A stretch of 64,000 nucleotides of DNA from a virus (lineage: Duplodnaviria; Caudoviricetes), in IMG/VR virus record IMGVR_UViG_3300021387_000087, one strand, 5' to 3'. The notes beneath the pieces are model-generated. The model saw only the letters and a program-made list of their open reading frames with translations. It made no database searches and was not told where the DNA came from. Positions within the stretch are counted from its first letter, which is position 1, and every line of letters starts with the position of its first letter. Shown here piece after piece: positions 20,282 through 28,181 of this stretch. The position numbers were made by a program, and so were the translations under genes.

Positions 20282-20908
20282 ATGAACACTGATTTTTTTA
20301 ATGGAATGTTTGGTAGAATTGATCCGGGTAACATCCGACTTGATGTGAATGGTAACATTGCTGTTCGCACAACAAATGGCTACAAGTCTTACAATACTAA
20401 GACTGGCAAGCTGATCAACTGTAACAATTTCGTCTTTGATATCGGTGAGGAATTCTTTTTTGTAATTCCCACAAACAAGGTTGAAAAGGGCGATATCATT
20501 CTTGCTCAGGGCAAAGGTGGCAATCGTAAACCTAAATGCGTTGTGGATGTAAACCCCTCTTTTATTACCGTAATCAATTATGAAGATTCTACGGTGGAGC
20601 AGATTCTTCCTGAGCGACACATGTTTATGGGCAATACTTATTTCTATGGTAAGATTGTTTCTATGTTTAACTTTTCTAAAGGCAAGGGCAAGAAGAATGG
20701 CTTTGAAAACATCCTGAAGTATAAGATGATGTCTGAAATGATGGGTGGCAAGAATGGTAGTAATAATAATGGTATGGGCAACCTTATGATGCTTGGTATG
20801 ATGGGTAATGGCGGTTTTAACGACATGTTTAATTTCGATGGAATGTTCGGTTTTGATGATGACACAGAAGATGCAGAAGATGATAATCAGGAGGACGGGG
20901 AAGAATGA
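20282..20908 (+). CDS. Hypothetical protein with Gly/Met/Asn-rich and acidic C-terminus
   Basis: AAGGAG RBS; 208 aa; ATGA-coupled to the vWA gene. Confidence 0.8.
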   Translation: MNTDFFNGMFGRIDPGNIRLDVNGNIAVRTTNGYKSYNTKTGKLINCNNFVFDIGEEFFFVIPTNKVEKGDIILAQGKGGNRKPKCVVDVNPSFITVINYEDSTVEQILPERHMFMGNTYFYGKIVSMFNFSKGKGKKNGFENILKYKMMSEMMGGKNGSNNNGMGNLMMLGMMGNGGFNDMFNFDGMFGFDDDTEDAEDDNQEDGEE

Positions 20909-21783
20909 GTAAAGGAACCTATAGCACAACCAGTTTTGTAAACTATTCTAATAGCCGTGGTAGAAATGTCACTACAGATGGACTTGTAACATCTACAAAT
21001 CTACATGATTATTATGATCAGAAACGTATCCATAAGGATTTGGCACCTTATAAAGTCATGAGAGAGTGTGTTGATTATGATGAGCATCCTAATACCATTC
21101 CTGTAATTTTGGCACTTGATGTGACCGGAAGCATGGATAGTGCATGCATTAGAACTGCTCAGGCACTTAATCAGATTATGACAAATCTTTATGAAAGGTA
21201 CAATGATATTGAAATTTTAGTTGCTGGTATTGGTGATTTGGAATGTGACCGTGCTCCTGTACAAGTGTCCCAGTTTGAAGTAGATGTTAAAATTGCAGAG
21301 CATCTTGATAAGATTTATATTGAACATGGTGGCGGTGGAAATGGCTATGAATCCTATACTGCTGCTTGGTACTTTGGTCTGAAACATACGAAGCTTGATT
21401 GTTGGAAGCGTGGTAAAAAGGGTATTATCATTACCATGGGCGATGAACCACTTAATCCTATTCTATACAAAAAAGAAATAAAAGCTGTTTTTGGTGATAC
21501 TGTTGAAGCAAATGTAAGAACAGAAGAATTATATAAAATGGCAACTGAGAAATTCGATATTTATCATATTGCTGTTGATGATCCCGCAGATAGTTATTCT
21601 TGGTATGAAAATGCTATTCATCGAACATTTAAGCCTGTCCTTGGAGATCGATTGAAAGTATCTACTATTGAACGGCTTCCGATGACTATCGTAGATTGTA
21701 TTGAAGATTCTGTGAATGGTGGTACTCAGACAGAGACAGTGCCGAATATTGAGAAAACTGAGTCTGGTTATATTACGTGGTGA
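20905..21783 (+). CDS. vWA-domain protein
   Basis: LALDVTGSM MIDAS motif, GIGD, GGGGNGYESY, ITMGDE. Confidence 0.85.
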   Translation: MSKGTYSTTSFVNYSNSRGRNVTTDGLVTSTNLHDYYDQKRIHKDLAPYKVMRECVDYDEHPNTIPVILALDVTGSMDSACIRTAQALNQIMTNLYERYNDIEILVAGIGDLECDRAPVQVSQFEVDVKIAEHLDKIYIEHGGGGNGYESYTAAWYFGLKHTKLDCWKRGKKGIIITMGDEPLNPILYKKEIKAVFGDTVEANVRTEELYKMATEKFDIYHIAVDDPADSYSWYENAIHRTFKPVLGDRLKVSTIERLPMTIVDCIEDSVNGGTQTETVPNIEKTESGYITW

Positions 21784-21790
21784 TAATTAA

Positions 21791-21976
21791 ATGAGTGATG
21801 AATTAAAATGGTGTAAAAGCTTTCTTAGAGTTAATTATTTAATGTGTTTTCATCATCGTAAAAAAATACGGAAGAAAAATATGCATCGAAGAGATAAATT
21901 AGCACAGTATGCATTTAAAAGATGGGGGCATTTCCCAATGCCCCCTGAATGGTGTTTATCAAAGGAGGTGATCTAA
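21791..21976 (+). CDS. Small basic hypothetical protein
   Basis: 61-aa ORF between vWA and PurA-like genes. Confidence 0.55.
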   Translation: MSDELKWCKSFLRVNYLMCFHHRKKIRKKNMHRRDKLAQYAFKRWGHFPMPPEWCLSKEVI

Positions 21977-23163
21977 ATGCCTACACAAAATATTAAAATT
22001 GTTGTAGGTGCCTAGCACTTGCGGGTGATGAGGGCAAAGGTTTGGCTACAGATTATTTTGCCTCAAAAGCAGAAGGCTCTATTCTTGGAGTATTAACAAA
22101 TGGATCTTCTCAAAGAGCACATACAGTAGACACCTCTGACGGCAAGCACCATGTATTTAGTCATTTTAGTTCTGCTACATTTCGTGGGGCTGACACATAT
22201 ATTTCAAAATATTTTGTGGTCAACCCCATAAAATTTGCAGAAGAATATGTGCAGCTTCAGCGAGAATTTGGCATTACTCCTAAAGTATATATACATCCTG
22301 ATTGTAAGTTTATTACGCCTTGGGATATCCTTGCTAATTTAGCAGAATTAAAAAGAACAACAGCGTATAATAGCACAGGCTGTGGCTTCTGGAAAACTTT
22401 AGAAAGATATAAGAATGATGTGTGTGCTTTAAGTTTTAAAGATGCGTATAATTTAACTTCCTATAATGGATCAACTTTCAAAGATATAATACAGTATTAT
22501 CAAAAAGATTTGGATTTACTATCAACATCAATTAATAAGGCTGGTCTAGAGCGCCATTTTATTGATGATATGATTTTCTTATCTAATCATGTAATTTGGA
22601 TTAATGATGTAATATTAAATAGATATGATAATATCATCTTTGAAAATGGTCAGGGATTAATGATTGGACAGCAATATACTTCAGAAAAAGATTGGGAATA
22701 TTGCACACCATCTAATACTGGTGTTGAATATGCTGTTAATATGATTAAAAAAATAAAACCTTTTGAGTTTGAAAAAAAAGATATCGAGATATGTTATATA
22801 TCAAGAACTTATATGACAAGACATGGTGATGGCGATATTTTAAAGGCATGTGATAAACGAGATATTAATCCCATGATATATGATCAAACCAATGTTTTTA
22901 ATGCATGTCAAGGACATTTAAGATATGGCTTGTTACCAGTAAAAGAAATGATGGATAATATTTGTCTTGATATGGCGCTTGCGCTTGGTCTGCATTTTAC
23001 AGATTTTAATATGGACTATATAACATTTTCTTTAATGCTTACACATTGGAATGAATATTATGACAATAATGTCGAAGCATTGTTTGAAAGATTTGAGAAG
23101 GTATATATCTCAAATGGTAAAATCGCAGAGTCAGTAAAATTAAAAGAAGAGGTAATTAAATGA
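21977..23163 (+). CDS. Adenylosuccinate synthetase-like protein interrupted at codon 13 (TAG plus frame change); recoded gene or pseudogene
   Basis: AGGAGGTG RBS, ATG 21977 MPTQNIKIVVGA-TAG, then in another frame ALAGDEGKG; downstream AHTV, STGCG, FENGQG, TPSNTG, RTYMTRHGDG, QGHLRYG. Confidence 0.85.
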
Positions 23164-23516
23164 ACGAGGATAGACCTGTTTGGATAGTATATGTAGAAAA
23201 CTATAATCAAAATTGTATTGAAGAGTATAATATTTTTGATCATGATATTTTCTGGGATGATTGTTGTTTAGAATGGATTACGGTAGAACATTTTGCAACA
23301 GCACAAGAAGATTTTAATAATAGAATTATGCTTGAAGTCAATTATCATTTCGGCAATAAAAGTGCATGGGAGATTGAATTAACAACTCTATTTCCAAGAG
23401 ATAAATTTAAAAATAATAGAATTGATGTAAGTGACCAGATAAAATTAAACAAGAAACAATTTCTTAATTATTTATGGAATTGGTTCATGGAAGGGGAGTT
23501 AAAGAAGAATGGGTGA
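23160..23516 (+). CDS. Hypothetical protein
   Basis: 118-aa ORF, ATGA overlap. Confidence 0.7.
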   Translation: MNEDRPVWIVYVENYNQNCIEEYNIFDHDIFWDDCCLEWITVEHFATAQEDFNNRIMLEVNYHFGNKSAWEIELTTLFPRDKFKNNRIDVSDQIKLNKKQFLNYLWNWFMEGELKKNG

Positions 23517-24285
23517 TTTAAGATATTGTTTTGAACAAGATAAAGTCGTCCCAATGTTAAGAAAGATGAAAGACGGGTTGGCTGTTATTGATTCTGATGG
23601 TATTTCAGGGACAATAATTAAAGATATCCTTGAAAAAAAACCTAAATTATTAATTTATGATTATTTAAATCCATGTGCTCTTGAGCGGGAACGCTCATAT
23701 TATGAAAAATTTAAACATCTTCGCATAGCTAAGTATGCAAGTTGGTCTGGCGAATATTGGATTGATGTTACAGACGCAGACTGGCAAGAACACATTATTA
23801 ACGAGGCACGCAAGAAAAAAGCTAAAGGCGCTATTGGTCTATACTTTGATAACACTGATTTGTACTATATGTGCAAAGAGGGGTTTGAAGAAAAGGGGAC
23901 TAAAATGATGCGGAAAGCACCGTCTGTAAATAGCGTATATAAAGCATTAGCACATATTATTTTGACTATTCAAAATGATGTTGGACTTGTGGTAATGCCT
24001 AACGGTGGTGACGTTTTCCTTCGTAGATTTATGATAGAATATCCTAATGTTATTCAAACTATTAATCAAGAAGGAGTGTTCTTCGAAAACTTTAAAAAGA
24101 ATTCAACATCAGATACTAATTATTATAAGAGTTGGTGTAAGTGGGCACAAAAACGCATAAAGGGCAAAGTCCGTCTTATTGAATATTGCACGGATGAAAG
24201 AGAGCAAAAAAAGATTAAAGCTTACTGCACGCGACATAAATGGCATGTATATTTTAGTAAACATAAAAATTTATGCGGAGATTAA
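23509..24285 (+). CDS. GH114/PelA-like glycoside hydrolase (endo-alpha-1,4-polygalactosaminidase-like)
   Basis: LAVID, YDYLN...LE, W-x-G-E-Y-W-I-D, DWQ, GLYFDNTDLY, MPNGG, NQEGVF. Confidence 0.7.
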   Translation: MGDLRYCFEQDKVVPMLRKMKDGLAVIDSDGISGTIIKDILEKKPKLLIYDYLNPCALERERSYYEKFKHLRIAKYASWSGEYWIDVTDADWQEHIINEARKKKAKGAIGLYFDNTDLYYMCKEGFEEKGTKMMRKAPSVNSVYKALAHIILTIQNDVGLVVMPNGGDVFLRRFMIEYPNVIQTINQEGVFFENFKKNSTSDTNYYKSWCKWAQKRIKGKVRLIEYCTDEREQKKIKAYCTRHKWHVYFSKHKNLCGD

Positions 24286-24300
24286 GCATAAAATTAAAAT

Positions 24301-24684
24301 ATGCGGAGATTAAGCATGATTCAAAAAAATTGGATTATAACTGATTATTGTAAAAAAAATATTAAACAGCTTGGTTTCATGTATGATGAAAAAACAGATT
24401 ACTGGAAATATAGTTTTCCTGTAAGATATTGGAAAAGAAGACAAACACTGCGGTGTGATGTATTCATAAGTCGTGATAAAGATCATGTATGGATTAATGT
24501 ATTTGATAATATGAATTGTATTTATCCTGCTTTCTATACTCAAGAATATGGATGTTATGGAGAGTTTGTTGATATTGCAGAAAAGAAGATTCTTTATAAA
24601 CTCAAATCGTTGGGAATTATAGAAAAGAGACCTAAAAATAAGGAGAAAAAGAAATATGGAAGTAGTAGAAAAAAACGAAGATAA
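24301..24684 (+). CDS. Hypothetical protein
   Basis: 127-aa ORF. Confidence 0.65.
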   Translation: MRRLSMIQKNWIITDYCKKNIKQLGFMYDEKTDYWKYSFPVRYWKRRQTLRCDVFISRDKDHVWINVFDNMNCIYPAFYTQEYGCYGEFVDIAEKKILYKLKSLGIIEKRPKNKEKKKYGSSRKKRR

Positions 24685-25117
24685 GCCTGCTGAAGAAATC
24701 AAAATTAAATATTTTACAGATATTGAACCGATTAAACCTGCTCACACAGGCGAATGGGTAGACCTTAGAGCCGCTGATACTTTTGAATTAAAGAAGGGTG
24801 AATTCAAACTTATTCCTCTGGGAGTCGCTATGGAATTACCTGAGGGCTATGAAGCTATTGTAGCACCTAGAAGTTCCACTTTTAAGAACTTTAAAATCAT
24901 TCAGGTTAATAGTACGGGCGTGGTGGACAATAAATATTGCGGAGATAACGATCAGTGGTTTATGCCTGTACTGGCGATTGAAGATACAGTGATTAAAAAG
25001 AACGACAGAATTTGTCAGTTCAGGATTCAAGAATGTAATCCTGTTATTAATTTTATTGAAGTAAATCACTTAGGAAATGAGAACCGTGGCGGTCATGGCA
25101 GCACTGGAGTAAACTGA
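24656..25117 (+). CDS. dut: Trimeric dUTPase
   Basis: [27 protein letters not shown] (motifs 1-5). Confidence 0.93.
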   Translation: MEVVEKNEDKPAEEIKIKYFTDIEPIKPAHTGEWVDLRAADTFELKKGEFKLIPLGVAMELPEGYEAIVAPRSSTFKNFKIIQVNSTGVVDNKYCGDNDQWFMPVLAIEDTVIKKNDRICQFRIQECNPVINFIEVNHLGNENRGGHGSTGVN

Positions 25118-25119
25118 AA

Positions 25120-25378
25120 ACCTGATATCCAGTCACTCCTTTCTATAGTATAATAATACTTGATTACCTTTTTATTAAAAAGTAATCATTAGTAAATTTA
25201 AAAAATCAATAAATATAAGGGTCACAGGGATTCGTACAAAGTTCGATTCTCGTTGCCAGCTCTGAAAAACACGCTCAATTCCTTTTAAAATCAATAAGGT
25301 TTTGAGCGTGTTATTTTTTCTTTGATTAACAGTAATCAATTTAGTAATCACCTAGAAAGGAGCGATTGGATATCAGGT
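25120..25378. other. Candidate attP region bounded by 26-bp inverted repeats
   Basis: tRNA 3'-end-like core AGTTCGATTCTCGTTGCCAGCTC at 25240-25262; repeated AGTAATCA/TGATTA motifs on both sides; IR 25120-25145 / 25353-25378. Confidence 0.6.
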
Positions 25379-25390
25379 AATATCCTTTTT

Positions 25391-25434
25391 CGCACAAAAA
25401 ATGGGTGTCTCCACCCAGAGGTAGAAACACCCAT
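25391..25434 (-). terminator. Rho-independent terminator ending the late operon
   Basis: Stem ATGGGTGT...ACACCCAT (25401-25434) followed on the - strand by TTTTTGTGCG. Confidence 0.8.
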
Positions 25435-25503
25435 GAAAGTATCCAGACTAAAAAATTTAGTCGATTTTCCGTATTAAATTTTCGAAATTTGACCTGCTAC
25501 GCA

Positions 25504-25785
25504 TCACTTACGTGTCAGCTTACCAATCAGATCGCTTGCATAGTTAGAGCCACGACTGATGATAATGCCAGTAATGGCAGTACCAACAACAGGATTTACA
25601 GTAAAGCCTGTTGCAAATGCATTGATGCCGAACGAAAAAGCCATTAAGACACCAAGAACAATACTGGCAACCTGTGTTCTGAATGTTTTATAATCTTTAC
25701 TTTCAAAACTTTCAGCTACAGTTTTTGCGTATTCAATAAGTGCTTCGGTCAGTACTGCGACTGCAATAATTGTAATAATATCCAT
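25504..25785 (-). CDS. Holin (clostridial phage type)
   Basis: 93 aa, 2-3 hydrophobic helices, GIIISRGSNY motif; last gene of the late operon. Confidence 0.75.
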   Translation of the reverse strand: MDIITIIAVAVLTEALIEYAKTVAESFESKDYKTFRTQVASIVLGVLMAFSFGINAFATGFTVNPVVGTAITGIIISRGSNYASDLIGKLTRK

Positions 25786-25788
25786 AAT

Positions 25789-26319
25789 TTAGTCCTCCTG
25801 ATTAATATAATGTTCTTCAACTGCAAAGTCTGCTTTAAGTAAATGCTCTTCATATTTTGTTCTGATAGCTTGAATTGTTGAGTTGATAACATTATTTGTA
25901 ATTTTATTATCTTTATTATCTTTAAAAAATTGTTCGTATTCATCACATACTTTAAGTGCGGTTTCAAATGATTCTTTTGTATGTCGTCTGCCGTTAACAC
26001 CTTCAGTAACAAAATCGACAAGATATTGACGTTTTTTTAATATTTCATCATATTTATTGTTTTTTATATGCTCATCGATTTGTTTTTCCATCTTGTCAAC
26101 TCTAGCATCTATTTTATCGATTTTTTTATTCATCCCTGAATTAAATCTTTCGCCAATCCATCCAAGTAAAACATCCCATGGATTAAGCTTGATAGGAGAT
26201 ATCTGCACGAATGTACATAATACAAAACCGATAAATAGTAAAGTTGATCCAAGACTTTCGAAGGGATGAAGTTGATGTAATATTTCTTCAATCAATTCTC
26301 CTAAACCCATCTGGCTCAC
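25789..26319 (-). CDS. Lysis-cassette membrane protein (QISPIKLNPW family)
   Basis: One TM helix, QISPIKLNPW, coiled coil; adjacent to the holin. Confidence 0.6.
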   Translation of the reverse strand: MSQMGLGELIEEILHQLHPFESLGSTLLFIGFVLCTFVQISPIKLNPWDVLLGWIGERFNSGMNKKIDKIDARVDKMEKQIDEHIKNNKYDEILKKRQYLVDFVTEGVNGRRHTKESFETALKVCDEYEQFFKDNKDNKITNNVINSTIQAIRTKYEEHLLKADFAVEEHYINQED

Positions 26320-26335
26320 CCCTTTCTATATTTAA

Positions 26336-26623
26336 TTATTCCCCATCAGCAGGTGTTTCTTCTTCAGGTGCTTCAGGCTCAACCTCTTCCTGCACAACAA
26401 CATGAGTATACTTCTGGTGCATTACAGGTACTCCATCAGAAGTAAACATGATCGCCGCATGTACAGGCAGTTCACTGATAGCTGCCGCCGCAAGCACTTC
26501 ATGGAATTTACTCTCAGCTTTTAGTCTTGCTTTCGTAGGATCTTCATCCCATGCTATGTGCTTAGTATCGCCAAAAGAGCCATCAGTATATTTTTGAAGT
26601 TCTATGATATAGTATTGAGTCAT
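26336..26623 (-). CDS. Small fibre-associated protein, paralog of 26816-27058 (start revised to 26623)
   Basis: AGGAGG RBS; QYYI...ARLKAESKFHEVL...YTH. Confidence 0.75.
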   Translation of the reverse strand: MTQYYIIELQKYTDGSFGDTKHIAWDEDPTKARLKAESKFHEVLAAAAISELPVHAAIMFTSDGVPVMHQKYTHVVVQEEVEPEAPEEETPADGE

Positions 26624-26637
26624 AATAATTTCCTCCT

Positions 26638-26806
26638 TTATGTCCACTTAATCACCGTATAATTATATGTCTGTCCCGAACGAAATCGCCTTGCTGACGT
26701 GTTGGATACCGTATCAATAGTCAGTGTGCTATTAGAATATGTGGCATACAGGTTTGATGTATCTCCGTACCTGCTGATGCTGTGTCTCAAAGCAGTATGT
26801 CAGCAT
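26638..26806 (-). pseudogene. Frameshifted remnant of a fibre-like gene
   Basis: AAGGAG RBS plus ATG 26806 gives only 24 codons; another frame reads ...YGDTSNLYATYSNSTLTIDTVSN...GQTYNYTVIKWT* with its stop next to the following RBS. Confidence 0.5.
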
Positions 26807-26815
26807 GGTGTCTCC

Positions 26816-27058
26816 TTATTCTTCCTGCTTTGTTCCATGTGTATAGCATTCGTGCTTGATGGGATAGCATGTGGATGTAAACAGGATTGCTCCGTGCTCT
26901 GCAAATGTGGACGTTGCCGCACGGCTCAGAACTTCGTGGAATTTTCCTTCGCCCTTGAGCCTTGCGGTCTGCTCGTCCTCATCGTAGACCCAATAGTTGT
27001 CATGCTCAAATTCGCCTGTTATAGTCTTGCGGACTTCGGTAATATAATATTGATACAT
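26816..27058 (-). CDS. Small fibre-associated protein
   Basis: QYYI...ARLKGEGKFHEVL...YTH; AAGGAG RBS. Confidence 0.75.
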   Translation of the reverse strand: MYQYYITEVRKTITGEFEHDNYWVYDEDEQTARLKGEGKFHEVLSRAATSTFAEHGAILFTSTCYPIKHECYTHGTKQEE

Positions 27059-27070
27059 ATGTTTTCTCCT

Positions 27071-27754
27071 TTACGTAAAAATTGGTATGCCGCCTGCGGG
27101 GTCTAACAGGTAGACTTCGACTTTGTATGTGCCGTCTATCGTGAGGGAATTGCCGGAATTGTAACGCCGTCGGATTCTGATACGACCATCACTATAAAGT
27201 GTATCAGCGTATACACCATAACCAGTTGTACCTGTTGTAGAAGTTATTGCAAAAGCATTATCCGAATAACATGTAGTAATGCGCAATGCGGTAGTTGCGC
27301 TTGTAGCGCTTGTTCCATTGACAACATCCACGCTATAGAAAAACTGGTCGCTTCCGTAAAAATAACCATTTCTTTTTCCTGCCGTATCCCTAACACGCAC
27401 ATATACCCACTTAGAACTCGTCCATATCTCACTATGCCCCGTTGCCCATGTCGCCACAGTAGTCGCAGCCGTGCTTGTCGTGCTGACTTGATAACTCGTT
27501 TCCGCAACCTTTGTCCAACTAGATGCCGCACTGCTCGGAACATTGACCGTTACTTCCGAATATCCATCTGCGGAGTCATCACTTGCGGAATATGTGCCGT
27601 TGGCGGTGATGGTCTTGGTGATGAGAGTTGCTGAACCGCCATACCCACTCCCAAGTGTATGCACTGCATCCGACAATGTTGTATCCGATGCCCCTGTGAC
27701 ATCATTAGCATAAGTGGTCAAGGCATTGATGCCATCTGTTAATGGAGTTGCCAT
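27071..27754 (-). CDS. Putative tail fibre/receptor-binding protein
   Basis: Thr/Ser-rich beta protein with TKTITANGTYSASDDSADGYSEVTVNV fibre motif. Confidence 0.65.
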   Translation of the reverse strand: MATPLTDGINALTTYANDVTGASDTTLSDAVHTLGSGYGGSATLITKTITANGTYSASDDSADGYSEVTVNVPSSAASSWTKVAETSYQVSTTSTAATTVATWATGHSEIWTSSKWVYVRVRDTAGKRNGYFYGSDQFFYSVDVVNGTSATSATTALRITTCYSDNAFAITSTTGTTGYGVYADTLYSDGRIRIRRRYNSGNSLTIDGTYKVEVYLLDPAGGIPIFT

Positions 27755-27755
27755 A

Positions 27756-28160
27756 TCAAATCACCCCCAATGCTGTAAGTGCGCTTGAATAATCCGCATA
27801 CACATCATCAAGTCTGCTCTTATCCTGTGCGGACATTGCACCTGCTTTGGATGTTGTGGCAAGGTCGGTAAACTGCACATAGTTGGTAAGGCTTGGAGTA
27901 GTTCCATCTATCACATCAGCCGTCTTTGTGCCGTCCTTATCCGTGATAGTGATTCTGTGACCGCCTGTGATGGGGGTTATAGTTACTGTCGGGGAGATGC
28001 CGTCTGCACCGTCACGACCCGATGCACCTGTGTCACCTTTATCTCCCTTTTCTCCACGTTCACCTTGGATACCCTGCTTACCAGTGTCACCCTTATCACC
28101 CTTTACGCCAGTGATTTCAACCCATTTCCCGTTTTTGTCTTTTATTTTTAATTTACTCAT
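27756..28160 (-). CDS. Collagen-like tail fibre protein
   Basis: GXY repeats; GISPTVTITPITGGHRITITD. Confidence 0.75.
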   Translation of the reverse strand: MSKLKIKDKNGKWVEITGVKGDKGDTGKQGIQGERGEKGDKGDTGASGRDGADGISPTVTITPITGGHRITITDKDGTKTADVIDGTTPSLTNYVQFTDLATTSKAGAMSAQDKSRLDDVYADYSSALTALGVI

Positions 28161-28181
28161 GTTAAATCACCTCACTTTTTT

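Noticed and set aside
20192-20929. 245-aa antisense ORF and other shadow ORFs across both arms
   Set aside because: They overlap better-supported genes or the tRNA on the opposite strand and have no recognisable motifs.
20159-22015. Stop-codon reassignment (TAG as Gln, or a TCA suppressor tRNA)
   Set aside because: Reading TAG as sense does not restore the PurA frame, and very long ORFs are intact in code 11. tRNA numbering places CAA, not TCA, at positions 34-36.
19466-25117. Z-genome (2-aminoadenine) pathway suggested by PurA-like + HD hydrolase + Gmk + dUTPase
   Set aside because: The P-loop is GDEGKG (PurA-type Asp), not the PurZ GSTGKG, and the dUTPase is an ordinary trimeric type. Not supported, though a phylogeny would settle it.
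25230-25265. Second tRNA gene
   Set aside because: Only the T-loop and 3' acceptor strand are present; there is no pairing 5' half.
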